DNA of 64,000 nucleotides from an uncultured Bordetella sp. (lineage in GTDB: Bacteria > Pseudomonadota > Gammaproteobacteria > Burkholderiales > SG8-41): assembly GCA_964531455.1 (NCBI GenBank), contig CAZHFZ010000011.1:14213-78212 (forward strand). Direction: 5' to 3'. The notes below the pieces were generated by a model that was given only the letters and a program-made list of their open reading frames with translations, ran no database searches and was not told the DNA's origin. Below, piece by piece: positions 56,511 to 64,000 of this stretch (positions are counted from its first letter, which is position 1; every line of letters begins with the position of its first letter). The translations under genes and the position numbers were made by a program.

Positions 56511-57494
56511 TTGAATAAAATTAAATATTTATCAACAATCGCCCTGCTCACTACCGGACTGAGCAGTCACGCCGTGTTGGCGCAGACTGCGGCCAACTTT
56601 CCCAACAAACCAGTGCGCTTCATCGCCCCCTTCCCGCCGGGCGGCAGCACTGATCTGCTGGCGCGGCTGGTTGCGCAGAAACTCACCGAAAGCTGGGGCC
56701 AGCAGGTTGTCGTTGAAAACCGTGGCGGCGCTGCTGGCACCATCGGTGTCGAACTTGCGGCGCGCGCCGCACCCGACGGCTACACCATCGTCATGGGCCA
56801 TGTCGGAACCTTCGGCGTCAATCCGACCTTGTATCCGAAACTGTCGTATGACGCGGTGCGTGACTTCGCACCGATCACGGTGCTGGCCACAGTGCCCAAT
56901 GGCATGGCTGTGCATCCTTCACTACCCGTAAAGACTGCGCGGGATTTTGTAGCGCTGGCCAGGGCGCGACCGGGCGAACTGCTGTACGCCTCGGGCGGCA
57001 GCGGCAGCGCCTCGCACCTTGCCGGCGAATATCTCAAACTGCTTACCAAAATCAACATGGTCCACGTCCCATACAAAGGCACAGCACCGGCGATGATCAG
57101 CATGATTTCCGGTGAGACGACGATGACCATCACCGGCATGGTGGCTTTGGGGCCGCACATCAAATCCAGCCGCCTCAAACTGCTTGGCGTGGCAACGCTG
57201 AAACGGCTGACCATCATGCCCGACGTTCCCACCCTCAACGAAAGCGGCGTGCCCGGTTATGACGCGAACCAGTGGTACGGTGTGCTCGCGCCGGCGGCCA
57301 CACCACGCGACATCGTTGCCAAATTACATGCGGATATCGTCAAGGTATTGGCGCGCACCGACGTCAAGGAACGCCTCGCTGCGGATGGCGCCGAGGCGGT
57401 GGCGAATACGCCGGAGCAGTTCGCTGCGCACATCAAGGCTGAAATTGCGCAATGGGCGCCTGTAGTGAAGGCGTCAGGCGCCAAGCCGGACTGA
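56511..57494 (+). CDS. Bug family (TctC-like) substrate-binding protein
   Basis: TTG start, signal peptide, then 'PVRFIAPFPPGGSTDLLARL'. Confidence 0.88.
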   Translation: MNKIKYLSTIALLTTGLSSHAVLAQTAANFPNKPVRFIAPFPPGGSTDLLARLVAQKLTESWGQQVVVENRGGAAGTIGVELAARAAPDGYTIVMGHVGTFGVNPTLYPKLSYDAVRDFAPITVLATVPNGMAVHPSLPVKTARDFVALARARPGELLYASGGSGSASHLAGEYLKLLTKINMVHVPYKGTAPAMISMISGETTMTITGMVALGPHIKSSRLKLLGVATLKRLTIMPDVPTLNESGVPGYDANQWYGVLAPAATPRDIVAKLHADIVKVLARTDVKERLAADGAEAVANTPEQFAAHIKAEIAQWAPVVKASGAKPD

Positions 57495-57555
57495 ACCAAA
57501 GTATCCGTTACTGCCTTCAGGCATAATTATCCGCTTCACCATTTCGGAGAACACC

Positions 57556-58386
57556 ATGCGTTTGTTTGCCCGTCACGCTTTGTTGACACTGTCGTTCACC
57601 GCAGCCCTGCTGACCGGACTTTCGTCGGCTCAGGCACAAACCGCCAGCACCGAATTCAAGCCGCAGGTCGGGCAGGCCGGCAAGGATGTGATCTGGGTTC
57701 CGACGCCGAAGAGTCTGGTGGAAAAGATGCTGAAGATGGCGGACGTCAAACCCTCCGACATCCTGTTTGACCTTGGCTCCGGCGACGGCATCACGGTCAT
57801 CACCGCGGCCAAGCAGTTCGGCTTGCGCGCCACCGGCATCGAATACAACCCGGACATGGTCGAACTGTCGAAACGCAATGCGCAGAAAGAAGGCGTTGCC
57901 GAAAAGGCGCAATTCATTCGCGGCGATATTTTCGCCACCGATTTCAGCAAGGCCACGGTGCTGACAATGTATCTGCTGCCCTACCTGAATCTGAAACTGC
58001 GCCCGACCATCCTCGACATGAAACCCGGCACACGCGTGGTGTCGCATGCATTCACGATGGACGACTGGGCGCCGGATCAGACTGATTCGACGGAGGGCCG
58101 CACCGCCTACTTGTGGATCGTGCCGGCAAAGGTCGAAGGCAACTGGAAAATGGACTCGGGCTCCATCGAGCTCAAGCAGAAGTTCCAGAACTTCGACGGC
58201 GTGTTCCGCAACGGTGACGGCATGAGCTGGCGCGTCACCAGCGCAAACCTGCGCGGCGACCAGATCAGCTTCACCATTGGTACCGCAACCTACACCGGGC
58301 GCGTCAGCGGCCCGGTGATGCAAGGCACGATGCGTCCGCGCCCCGACGCACCGCCCACCTCGTGGAGCGCCACGCTGGTCAAGTAA
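57556..58386 (+). CDS. class I SAM-dependent methyltransferase with a cleavable-looking N-terminal signal peptide and an extra C-terminal domain
   Basis: N-terminus 'MRLFARHALLTLSFTAALLTGLSSAQAQT'. Motif I is 'LFDLGSGDGITVITAA' and the post-I acidic residue lies in 'TGIEYNPDMV'. Confidence 0.75.
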   Translation: MRLFARHALLTLSFTAALLTGLSSAQAQTASTEFKPQVGQAGKDVIWVPTPKSLVEKMLKMADVKPSDILFDLGSGDGITVITAAKQFGLRATGIEYNPDMVELSKRNAQKEGVAEKAQFIRGDIFATDFSKATVLTMYLLPYLNLKLRPTILDMKPGTRVVSHAFTMDDWAPDQTDSTEGRTAYLWIVPAKVEGNWKMDSGSIELKQKFQNFDGVFRNGDGMSWRVTSANLRGDQISFTIGTATYTGRVSGPVMQGTMRPRPDAPPTSWSATLVK

Positions 58387-58568
58387 TACCCGCGCGCTGC
58401 CGCCGCCGGTCCGGCAGCGCGCCCCCTCTCGACCCAAATCAAGTCCGCGAGCGAAGCCTGCCCTCGCGCGGGCACGCCTTTGCCCTTGTGCAGCGGGCGA
58501 TATAATCAATACTCCCTACTGAACACGCCGGATTTCCGGCCCCAACTGCACCAAGTGCAAGGATAAAA

Positions 58569-59498
58569 ATGTCTGCATCCAAACAGAACGCAGTGATCAT
58601 CGGCGGCGGCATCATGGGTGGCGATATCGCCACTGTTTTTGCTGCACACGGCTGGACCGTGCATGTGATGAGCCCGTCCGCCAAGACCCGTGATGCGCTG
58701 CCGGCGCGCATCGCCGCAGGTCTCGGCAAGTTGGGCGCCCCCGCAGGACACGCGGCATCCGTGACCTGTTACGCCGATCTGAAATCCATTCCCTGGGCCA
58801 GCGTAGGCATCGTGGTCGAAGCCGCGACCGAAGACCTGCCGCTGAAACAAAAACTGTTCGCCGAAATCGAAGCGCTGGCAAAACCGGACATTCCGCTGAC
58901 CAGCAACACTTCGAACTTTCCCATCGGTGAAATCGCCAAAGGCCTGAAACATCCGCAGCGCGTTGCGGGCCTGCATTTCTTCATGCCGGCGCATCTGGTG
59001 CCACTGGTCGAGGTGGTCAGTTCGCCGTTGACCGACACCAAAGTTGCAGAAAGTCTGGTGCAGTTGCTGAAAGACCTCAACAAGGCGCCGATCTGGGTGA
59101 AAAAAGACGTGCCCGGCTTCGTCGGCAACCGCCTGCAACACGCGATGATGCGCGAGGCCTTGTACCTCATCGACGATGGCGTCACCGACGCCGAAGGCAT
59201 CGACACCGCCGTGCGTTTTGGTTTCGGCTTCCGCTTCATTGCCTGCGGTCCGATGATGCAGAAGGAAATGTCGGGCTGGGATACCAACTACCTCGTCGGT
59301 GAAGCGCTCTACCCGCATCTGCATACGGAACAGAAGCCGCCGGCTTTCCTCAAAAGCATGGTCGACAAGGGTCGCCTCGGCATGAAGGCCAAAGCCGGCA
59401 TGTGGGACTGGGACGACGACAAGATCAAGAAGGAAAAAGCGCGTATCGAACGCGCGCTGCAGTCCGGTTTCGCCATCCTCCGCGCCGACAACGACTGA
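58569..59498 (+). CDS. 3-hydroxyacyl-CoA dehydrogenase family protein
   Basis: N-terminal Rossmann motif 'AVIIGGGIMGGDIA', plus 'TSNTSNFPI' and 'HFFMPAHLVPLVEVV' (3HCDH family). Confidence 0.85.
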   Translation: MSASKQNAVIIGGGIMGGDIATVFAAHGWTVHVMSPSAKTRDALPARIAAGLGKLGAPAGHAASVTCYADLKSIPWASVGIVVEAATEDLPLKQKLFAEIEALAKPDIPLTSNTSNFPIGEIAKGLKHPQRVAGLHFFMPAHLVPLVEVVSSPLTDTKVAESLVQLLKDLNKAPIWVKKDVPGFVGNRLQHAMMREALYLIDDGVTDAEGIDTAVRFGFGFRFIACGPMMQKEMSGWDTNYLVGEALYPHLHTEQKPPAFLKSMVDKGRLGMKAKAGMWDWDDDKIKKEKARIERALQSGFAILRADND

Positions 59499-59512
59499 AA
59501 AGAATCCCGCCC

Positions 59513-62500
59513 ATGAGCAACGCCACTCCCATCGCGCAACGCCTGCGCACGCTGGCTTTTTCCAAACCCGCGATCATCGGCGTCGTGGTGTTGCTCATCT
59601 ACATGCTGGCGGGATTCGTTGCGGCGCCCTGGCTGGTGCGCGAGCAGTTGCCGAAGCTGGTGGAGCAGCACCTGGGCGCCAAGGGCTCGGTCGAAAAGGT
59701 CAGCATCAACCCGCTGCTGTTCAACGTCGAGCTGGACGGAATCAGCATCACCGAACAAAGCGGACTCCCCGCACTCCAGGTCGGCAAGCTGCTGGTCGAT
59801 CTCGAGATCAGCAGCCTGCTACGCTGGGCCTGGACATTCCGGGAAATCCGCATCGAAAAGCCGGTGATCAACGCCGACCTCGACGCCAATGAAAACCTGA
59901 ACCTGGCGCGGCTGCTGGCGGCACTCGGCAAGGACCAGGATAAGGAACCTGCCGGCGACATGCCGCGACTCCTCATCCATCATTTCACCATTGCCGGCGG
60001 GGTATTCAGGTTTACCGACAACACCCTGAAGCCGGCGGCAATGTCCGCTGTTGATCCGATCAATTTCGAAATCCACGACGTATCCACGCTGCCCGACCAC
60101 CGCGGCGAACACAAGTTGCTGGCAAAGCTGCCGGACGGCGGGCAGCTGCAATGGCAGGGCAAACTGTCGCTGTCGCCGATTGCATCCAGCGGTTCAATCT
60201 CGCTCAAGGATGCCCGGCTGTCGACGCTCTGGCAGTTCGTGCGCGACCACCTGACCATCGCCGAACCACAGGGCAGCTACCACTTCGGCGTGCGTTACCA
60301 GTTCGGCTACAGCGGCGGCGCATTGAAATTCGAGGCCGATGACCTCGCCTTCGGACTGAAGGATCTGGTGATCGCGCAGGAAAAAGGCGGTACCGTGCTG
60401 GCCAAACTGGGCACCATCGCCTTCGAAGGCGGCAGTTTCAATCTGGCCCAACGCAGCATCGCATTCAAGGACATCCGCGTCGCCGACGGCGGCCTCGGCA
60501 TCATTCTCGATGAAGACAGCATTCCGGACTGGGCGAAACTGGTGCGCAACAACCCCAAGCCGGTCAAAGCGGATGCTGATGATAAAACGCCAGCCAAGGA
60601 TGCAGAGCGGACCAAAGCGGCACCCTGGGCCATCTCGCTGCCGCAGATCAACATCGGTCCGCTGGCACTGTCACTGACCGATTACAGCCGTGCCAAACCG
60701 CTGCTGATGACTTCGGCGAAAACCGAAATCACCCTTGCTGCCAGCGCATCCGTCGGTGATCCACTGCAGGCCCTCGTCGAAAACGGCGCGCTCAAACTGA
60801 ATGACATCCGAGTCACCCCCGTTAATGAAAAAGATACACCGGTTACGGTGGAGTCCGCTGAAGTCACCGGCCTGGCAGTGAACCTGCAGGAAAAAACCAT
60901 ACGCGTCGGGCTTGCCCGTTTTTCGGGGGGGCGCATGTCGGCAAGACGTGACGCTGACGGCGACTTGCACCTGGTCACCATGCTCGCGCCGCGCAAGGTG
61001 CAAGCCATCAAGGAATTGCGCAAGGAAGGATTCAGCATTGCATTGGAACGCGCGGAGATTTCCAAATATGCGGTGGCATTGACGGATCAGTCGTTCCAGC
61101 CCGCGATCAGCTACGACCTCGAACAGATCAATGCATCGGTTTCAAAAGTGGCGCTGCCGCCCGTAAAAACCGCAAGTCCTTTTGAAATCTCTCTGGGCAT
61201 CAAGCAGGGCGGTTCGGTAAAAGCCAAGGGTGCACTCGACATGCTGCGCGAAAGCGTCGATGTGCGATTAGAGGTTGCCGATCTTGCGTTGATCCCGCTG
61301 GACCCCATTCTGAAAAAAGACACCACGCTGACACTGACCTCCGGCAAAGCCGCTGCCAGCGGTCGCGTCACACTCAACGGCAAAAAAACGCCGGCTGCGA
61401 TCCGTTACACCGGCGCAGCGGCCATTTCCGACTTGAGCGTACAGACTGCGGCAAACAGCGAAAAGCTGGTGAGCTGGAAGCGCCTTTCGTTGAACGATAT
61501 CGATGTGGATACTGCCGAAAACCGCGTTGCCGTGGCACTGGTGGAACTGGCGCAGCCGTACGCCAAATTGATGATCAACAAGGACAAGTCCACCAACCTT
61601 GATGCCATCAAACGCGGCGCGCCGGCAAAACCGGCGGCTACCTCGGCATCGACGCCTGCGCCTGCTGCCGCTACAACTGCAGCGCCGGCTCCTGCGGCAG
61701 CCGCCCCCGAACCATCCGCAGCGCCACCGATGGCCATTACTGTGGAACGCGTCCGCGTTGAAGGCGGTTCAATGGATTTTGCGGATCTCAGCCTCGTTTT
61801 GCCGTTTGCAACCTTCATCAAGGACCTGAACGGTTCTGCAAGCGGCCTGTCGTCTTCACCGGATTCCCGTGCCAACCTTAAATTCGAAGGCGGGGTCGGG
61901 GAATTCGGATTGGCGCGGGCCGAAGGCACCATCCAGCCGTTTGCACCAAAAAAATTCACCGATATCGCCGTCGCCTTCCGTAATATCGAACTCGTCCCGA
62001 TGTCGCCGTACACGGCGACATTCGCCGGACGCAGAATCGCTTCGGGAAAAGTATCCCTCGACCTGCAATACAAAATCGAAAACAGCAAGCTCGCAGGCGA
62101 CAACAAGATGGTGCTCGAAAAATTCACCTTGGGTGAACGCGTCGAGAGCCCGACCGCGGTCAACCTGCCCCTCGACCTAGCCATCGCCCTGCTGACCGAC
62201 AGCAACGGCAAGATTGATCTGTCGCTGCCGGTTTCAGGTGATGTCGACAACCCCGAGTTCAGCTATGGCCATGTGATCTGGCAGGCGATCCGCACCGTCA
62301 TCACGCGCATCGTCACCGCTCCATTCCGCGCACTGGGTTCGCTGTTTGGGGGCAACGCCGACACACTGGGTGATATCGTGTTTGATGCGGGCGGCGCGCG
62401 CGTATTGCCCACTGAACAGGAAAAGCTGCGGCGTGTCGCCGAAGGCCTGCAGAAACGTCCGCAGCTCAAGCTGCAGATCCAGGGCACATATCACAAGGAC

Positions 62501-62986
62501 ATCGATTCCCGCGCGTTGCGGGCGCGGGCTGTGCGCAGCGATCTCGCCGTACGCGAAGGTACCAAGCTTGCACCAGGCGAAGATCCGGGCCCGGTCGGAT
62601 TCGACAATGCCAAAACCCAGCGGGCGCTTGAAAACATGCTGGAAGCGCGTGCCGGCGGAAACGCTGTCGCACAGTTTGCCGAAGGCTACGCAAAATCCTC
62701 GGGGCGCGAGGCCGGACGCGTCAATGCCGCGCTGGCAATGGTCGGACGCGGCGCGGGTGATCGCACACTGTATGTGGCGATGCATCAGCGGCTGGTTGAA
62801 CTGCAGCCATTACCGCCAAGCGCACTGAATGATCTCGCCAAAACCCGTGCCGATGCCATCATGGGCGCCATGACCACCGGCCTCAAGTTTGAACCCGCGC
62901 GCATTTCGACCAAACCCGCAGAAGCGGTCGAAGAAGCCGACAAGAATGGCGTTCCGGCAAAACTGTCGTTTGAACCGCTCAAATAA
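59513..62986 (+). CDS. DUF748 domain protein (AsmA-like giant envelope protein)
   Basis: Start trimmed to MSNATPIAQRL... It has a single N-terminal TM segment 'IIGVVVLLIYMLAGFVAAPWLV', long beta-rich repeats and an internal Ala/Pro-rich spacer. About 1157 aa. Confidence 0.7.
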   Translation: MSNATPIAQRLRTLAFSKPAIIGVVVLLIYMLAGFVAAPWLVREQLPKLVEQHLGAKGSVEKVSINPLLFNVELDGISITEQSGLPALQVGKLLVDLEISSLLRWAWTFREIRIEKPVINADLDANENLNLARLLAALGKDQDKEPAGDMPRLLIHHFTIAGGVFRFTDNTLKPAAMSAVDPINFEIHDVSTLPDHRGEHKLLAKLPDGGQLQWQGKLSLSPIASSGSISLKDARLSTLWQFVRDHLTIAEPQGSYHFGVRYQFGYSGGALKFEADDLAFGLKDLVIAQEKGGTVLAKLGTIAFEGGSFNLAQRSIAFKDIRVADGGLGIILDEDSIPDWAKLVRNNPKPVKADADDKTPAKDAERTKAAPWAISLPQINIGPLALSLTDYSRAKPLLMTSAKTEITLAASASVGDPLQALVENGALKLNDIRVTPVNEKDTPVTVESAEVTGLAVNLQEKTIRVGLARFSGGRMSARRDADGDLHLVTMLAPRKVQAIKELRKEGFSIALERAEISKYAVALTDQSFQPAISYDLEQINASVSKVALPPVKTASPFEISLGIKQGGSVKAKGALDMLRESVDVRLEVADLALIPLDPILKKDTTLTLTSGKAAASGRVTLNGKKTPAAIRYTGAAAISDLSVQTAANSEKLVSWKRLSLNDIDVDTAENRVAVALVELAQPYAKLMINKDKSTNLDAIKRGAPAKPAATSASTPAPAAATTAAPAPAAAAPEPSAAPPMAITVERVRVEGGSMDFADLSLVLPFATFIKDLNGSASGLSSSPDSRANLKFEGGVGEFGLARAEGTIQPFAPKKFTDIAVAFRNIELVPMSPYTATFAGRRIASGKVSLDLQYKIENSKLAGDNKMVLEKFTLGERVESPTAVNLPLDLAIALLTDSNGKIDLSLPVSGDVDNPEFSYGHVIWQAIRTVITRIVTAPFRALGSLFGGNADTLGDIVFDAGGARVLPTEQEKLRRVAEGLQKRPQLKLQIQGTYHKDIDSRALRARAVRSDLAVREGTKLAPGEDPGPVGFDNAKTQRALENMLEARAGGNAVAQFAEGYAKSSGREAGRVNAALAMVGRGAGDRTLYVAMHQRLVELQPLPPSALNDLAKTRADAIMGAMTTGLKFEPARISTKPAEAVEEADKNGVPAKLSFEPLK

Positions 62987-63162
62987 GCAAGCCGCACCGA
63001 CCAAGCGCACACTATGTGCCCTGCCGCCAACTGTATCCGGCTGCAGAACATAATTTCAGCAAGACGGTCCGCATCCGCCAAGACCGCGCAACAATGCTTT
63101 GCTGCACGACCGGATCAACGCTTCAGCCCGGGCATGCAGCCATTCACTGAAGTGGGGAGATC

Positions 63163-64000
63163 ATGAGAATACGCTTGTTCGCAGTTGCAATACCTGCAGT
63201 CGCAGCACTTGTGCTTGCCACCACTGCGCCGGCACAGGCCCAGAAAAATGCAGCATCCACCGACAGCTATCCCTCACGCCCGATTCGTCTGGTGGTGCCC
63301 TTCGCACCCGGCGGCAGTTCAGACACGATCACGCGCGTGATCGGTCCGCATCTCGCCGAACAGATGGGACAACAGATCGTGCTGGACAATCGCAGCGGCG
63401 GCAACGGCGCCCTCGGCACCCAGATCATCGCCCGTGCGATGCCCGACGGTTACACCATCGGCCTCGCCTATATCGCCACGCTGGCCACCAACCCGGCGAT
63501 ATCCGGTGATGTCGGCTACGACCCGCTGAAGGATTTTTCCGCAATCTCGCAACTGACTGCTTCGGCCAACGTGCTGGCGGTGCATCCTTCAGTGGCGGCT
63601 GCGTCCTTGAGGGAGCTGGTGACTCTGGCCAAAGCCAGACCGGGTCAACTCAATTATTCCTCTGGCGGCGTCGGCACGATTGGACACCTCAGCGCCGAAC
63701 TGTTGCAGCAAGCCGCAGGCATCAAGCTGAACCACATTGCCTACAAAGGCAGCGGACAGGCAGTGGTTGATCTGGTCGGCGGACATGTCGGGGTCATGTT
63801 CAGCGGCATGTCGGCAGTCGCAGGTCATGCCAAGGCGGGCAAGCTGAAACTGCTCGCGGTAACCGGCAAACAACGCATGCCGATCGCTCCGGAAATCCCG
63901 ACCATCGCCGAATCCGGATATGCGGATTTTGAGGCGGTCGGATGGTTCGGACTGATTGCCCCTGCAAATACACCGAAGGCCATCCTCAACAGGCTGAATG
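63163..64000 (+). CDS. Bug family (TctC-like) substrate-binding protein, 3'-truncated by the window edge
   Basis: Hand translation from the ATG at 63163 (preceded by GGGGAGA) gives MRIRLFAVAIPAVAALVLATTAPAQAQ...PIRLVVPFAPGGSSDTITRV... The frame stays open to position 64000. Confidence 0.88.
   Translation, partial: MRIRLFAVAIPAVAALVLATTAPAQAQKNAASTDSYPSRPIRLVVPFAPGGSSDTITRVIGPHLAEQMGQQIVLDNRSGGNGALGTQIIARAMPDGYTIGLAYIATLATNPAISGDVGYDPLKDFSAISQLTASANVLAVHPSVAAASLRELVTLAKARPGQLNYSSGGVGTIGHLSAELLQQAAGIKLNHIAYKGSGQAVVDLVGGHVGVMFSGMSAVAGHAKAGKLKLLAVTGKQRMPIAPEIPTIAESGYADFEAVGWFGLIAPANTPKAILNRLN

Noticed and set aside
58392-58422. 11-bp GC-rich hairpin GCGCGCTGCCG-N9-CGGCAGCGCGC after the methyltransferase gene, considered as a terminator or REP element.
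   Set aside because: There is no T-tract and no second copy in the window. It may stabilise the mRNA 3' end, but the evidence is too weak to annotate it.

Overview
G+C-rich betaproteobacterial (Burkholderiales-like) chromosomal segment. It is densely packed with about 60 recognisable protein genes and one tRNA. I saw no transposase, integrase, phage gene, CRISPR array or recognisable defence system, so this looks like core or metabolic genome rather than an accessory island. Gene order, left to right: crotonase fragment, phaC, a LiuR-type MerR regulator with a partial leucine/HMG-CoA module (liuC, liuE) interrupted by a DsbA-like isomerase and a macro-domain gene, MFS/esterase/oxidoreductase genes, tRNA-Arg(CCG), dihaem cytochrome c, apaH, olsBA-like lipid genes, mscL, gcvH. 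Then come the conserved block aroQ-accB-accC-prmA, dsbD-tlpA-cutA, hemYXDC plus an AlgZ/AlgR-like two-component pair and argH, and hemA-prfA-prmC. Two regions deserve a second look. The first is a LacI-controlled divergent module (about 33.5-40.4 kb) with an Xsc-like ThDP enzyme, a roughly 1000-aa YdiJ-type flavo-FeS dehydrogenase and a TauE permease. It is bracketed by two copies of the same 25-nt terminator hairpin. The second is an IclR-associated cluster (about 45-57.5 kb) with two family III CoA-transferases, a CitE-like lyase, a MaoC-like hydratase, an embedded intradiol dioxygenase and several Bug/TctC binding proteins. I also hand-translated a 56-aa rubredoxin gene that is too short for the ORF track. 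All functional calls rest on motifs and family resemblance read by eye. No database search was possible. Starts were trimmed from the ORF track by codon arithmetic and may be off by an alternative start codon.
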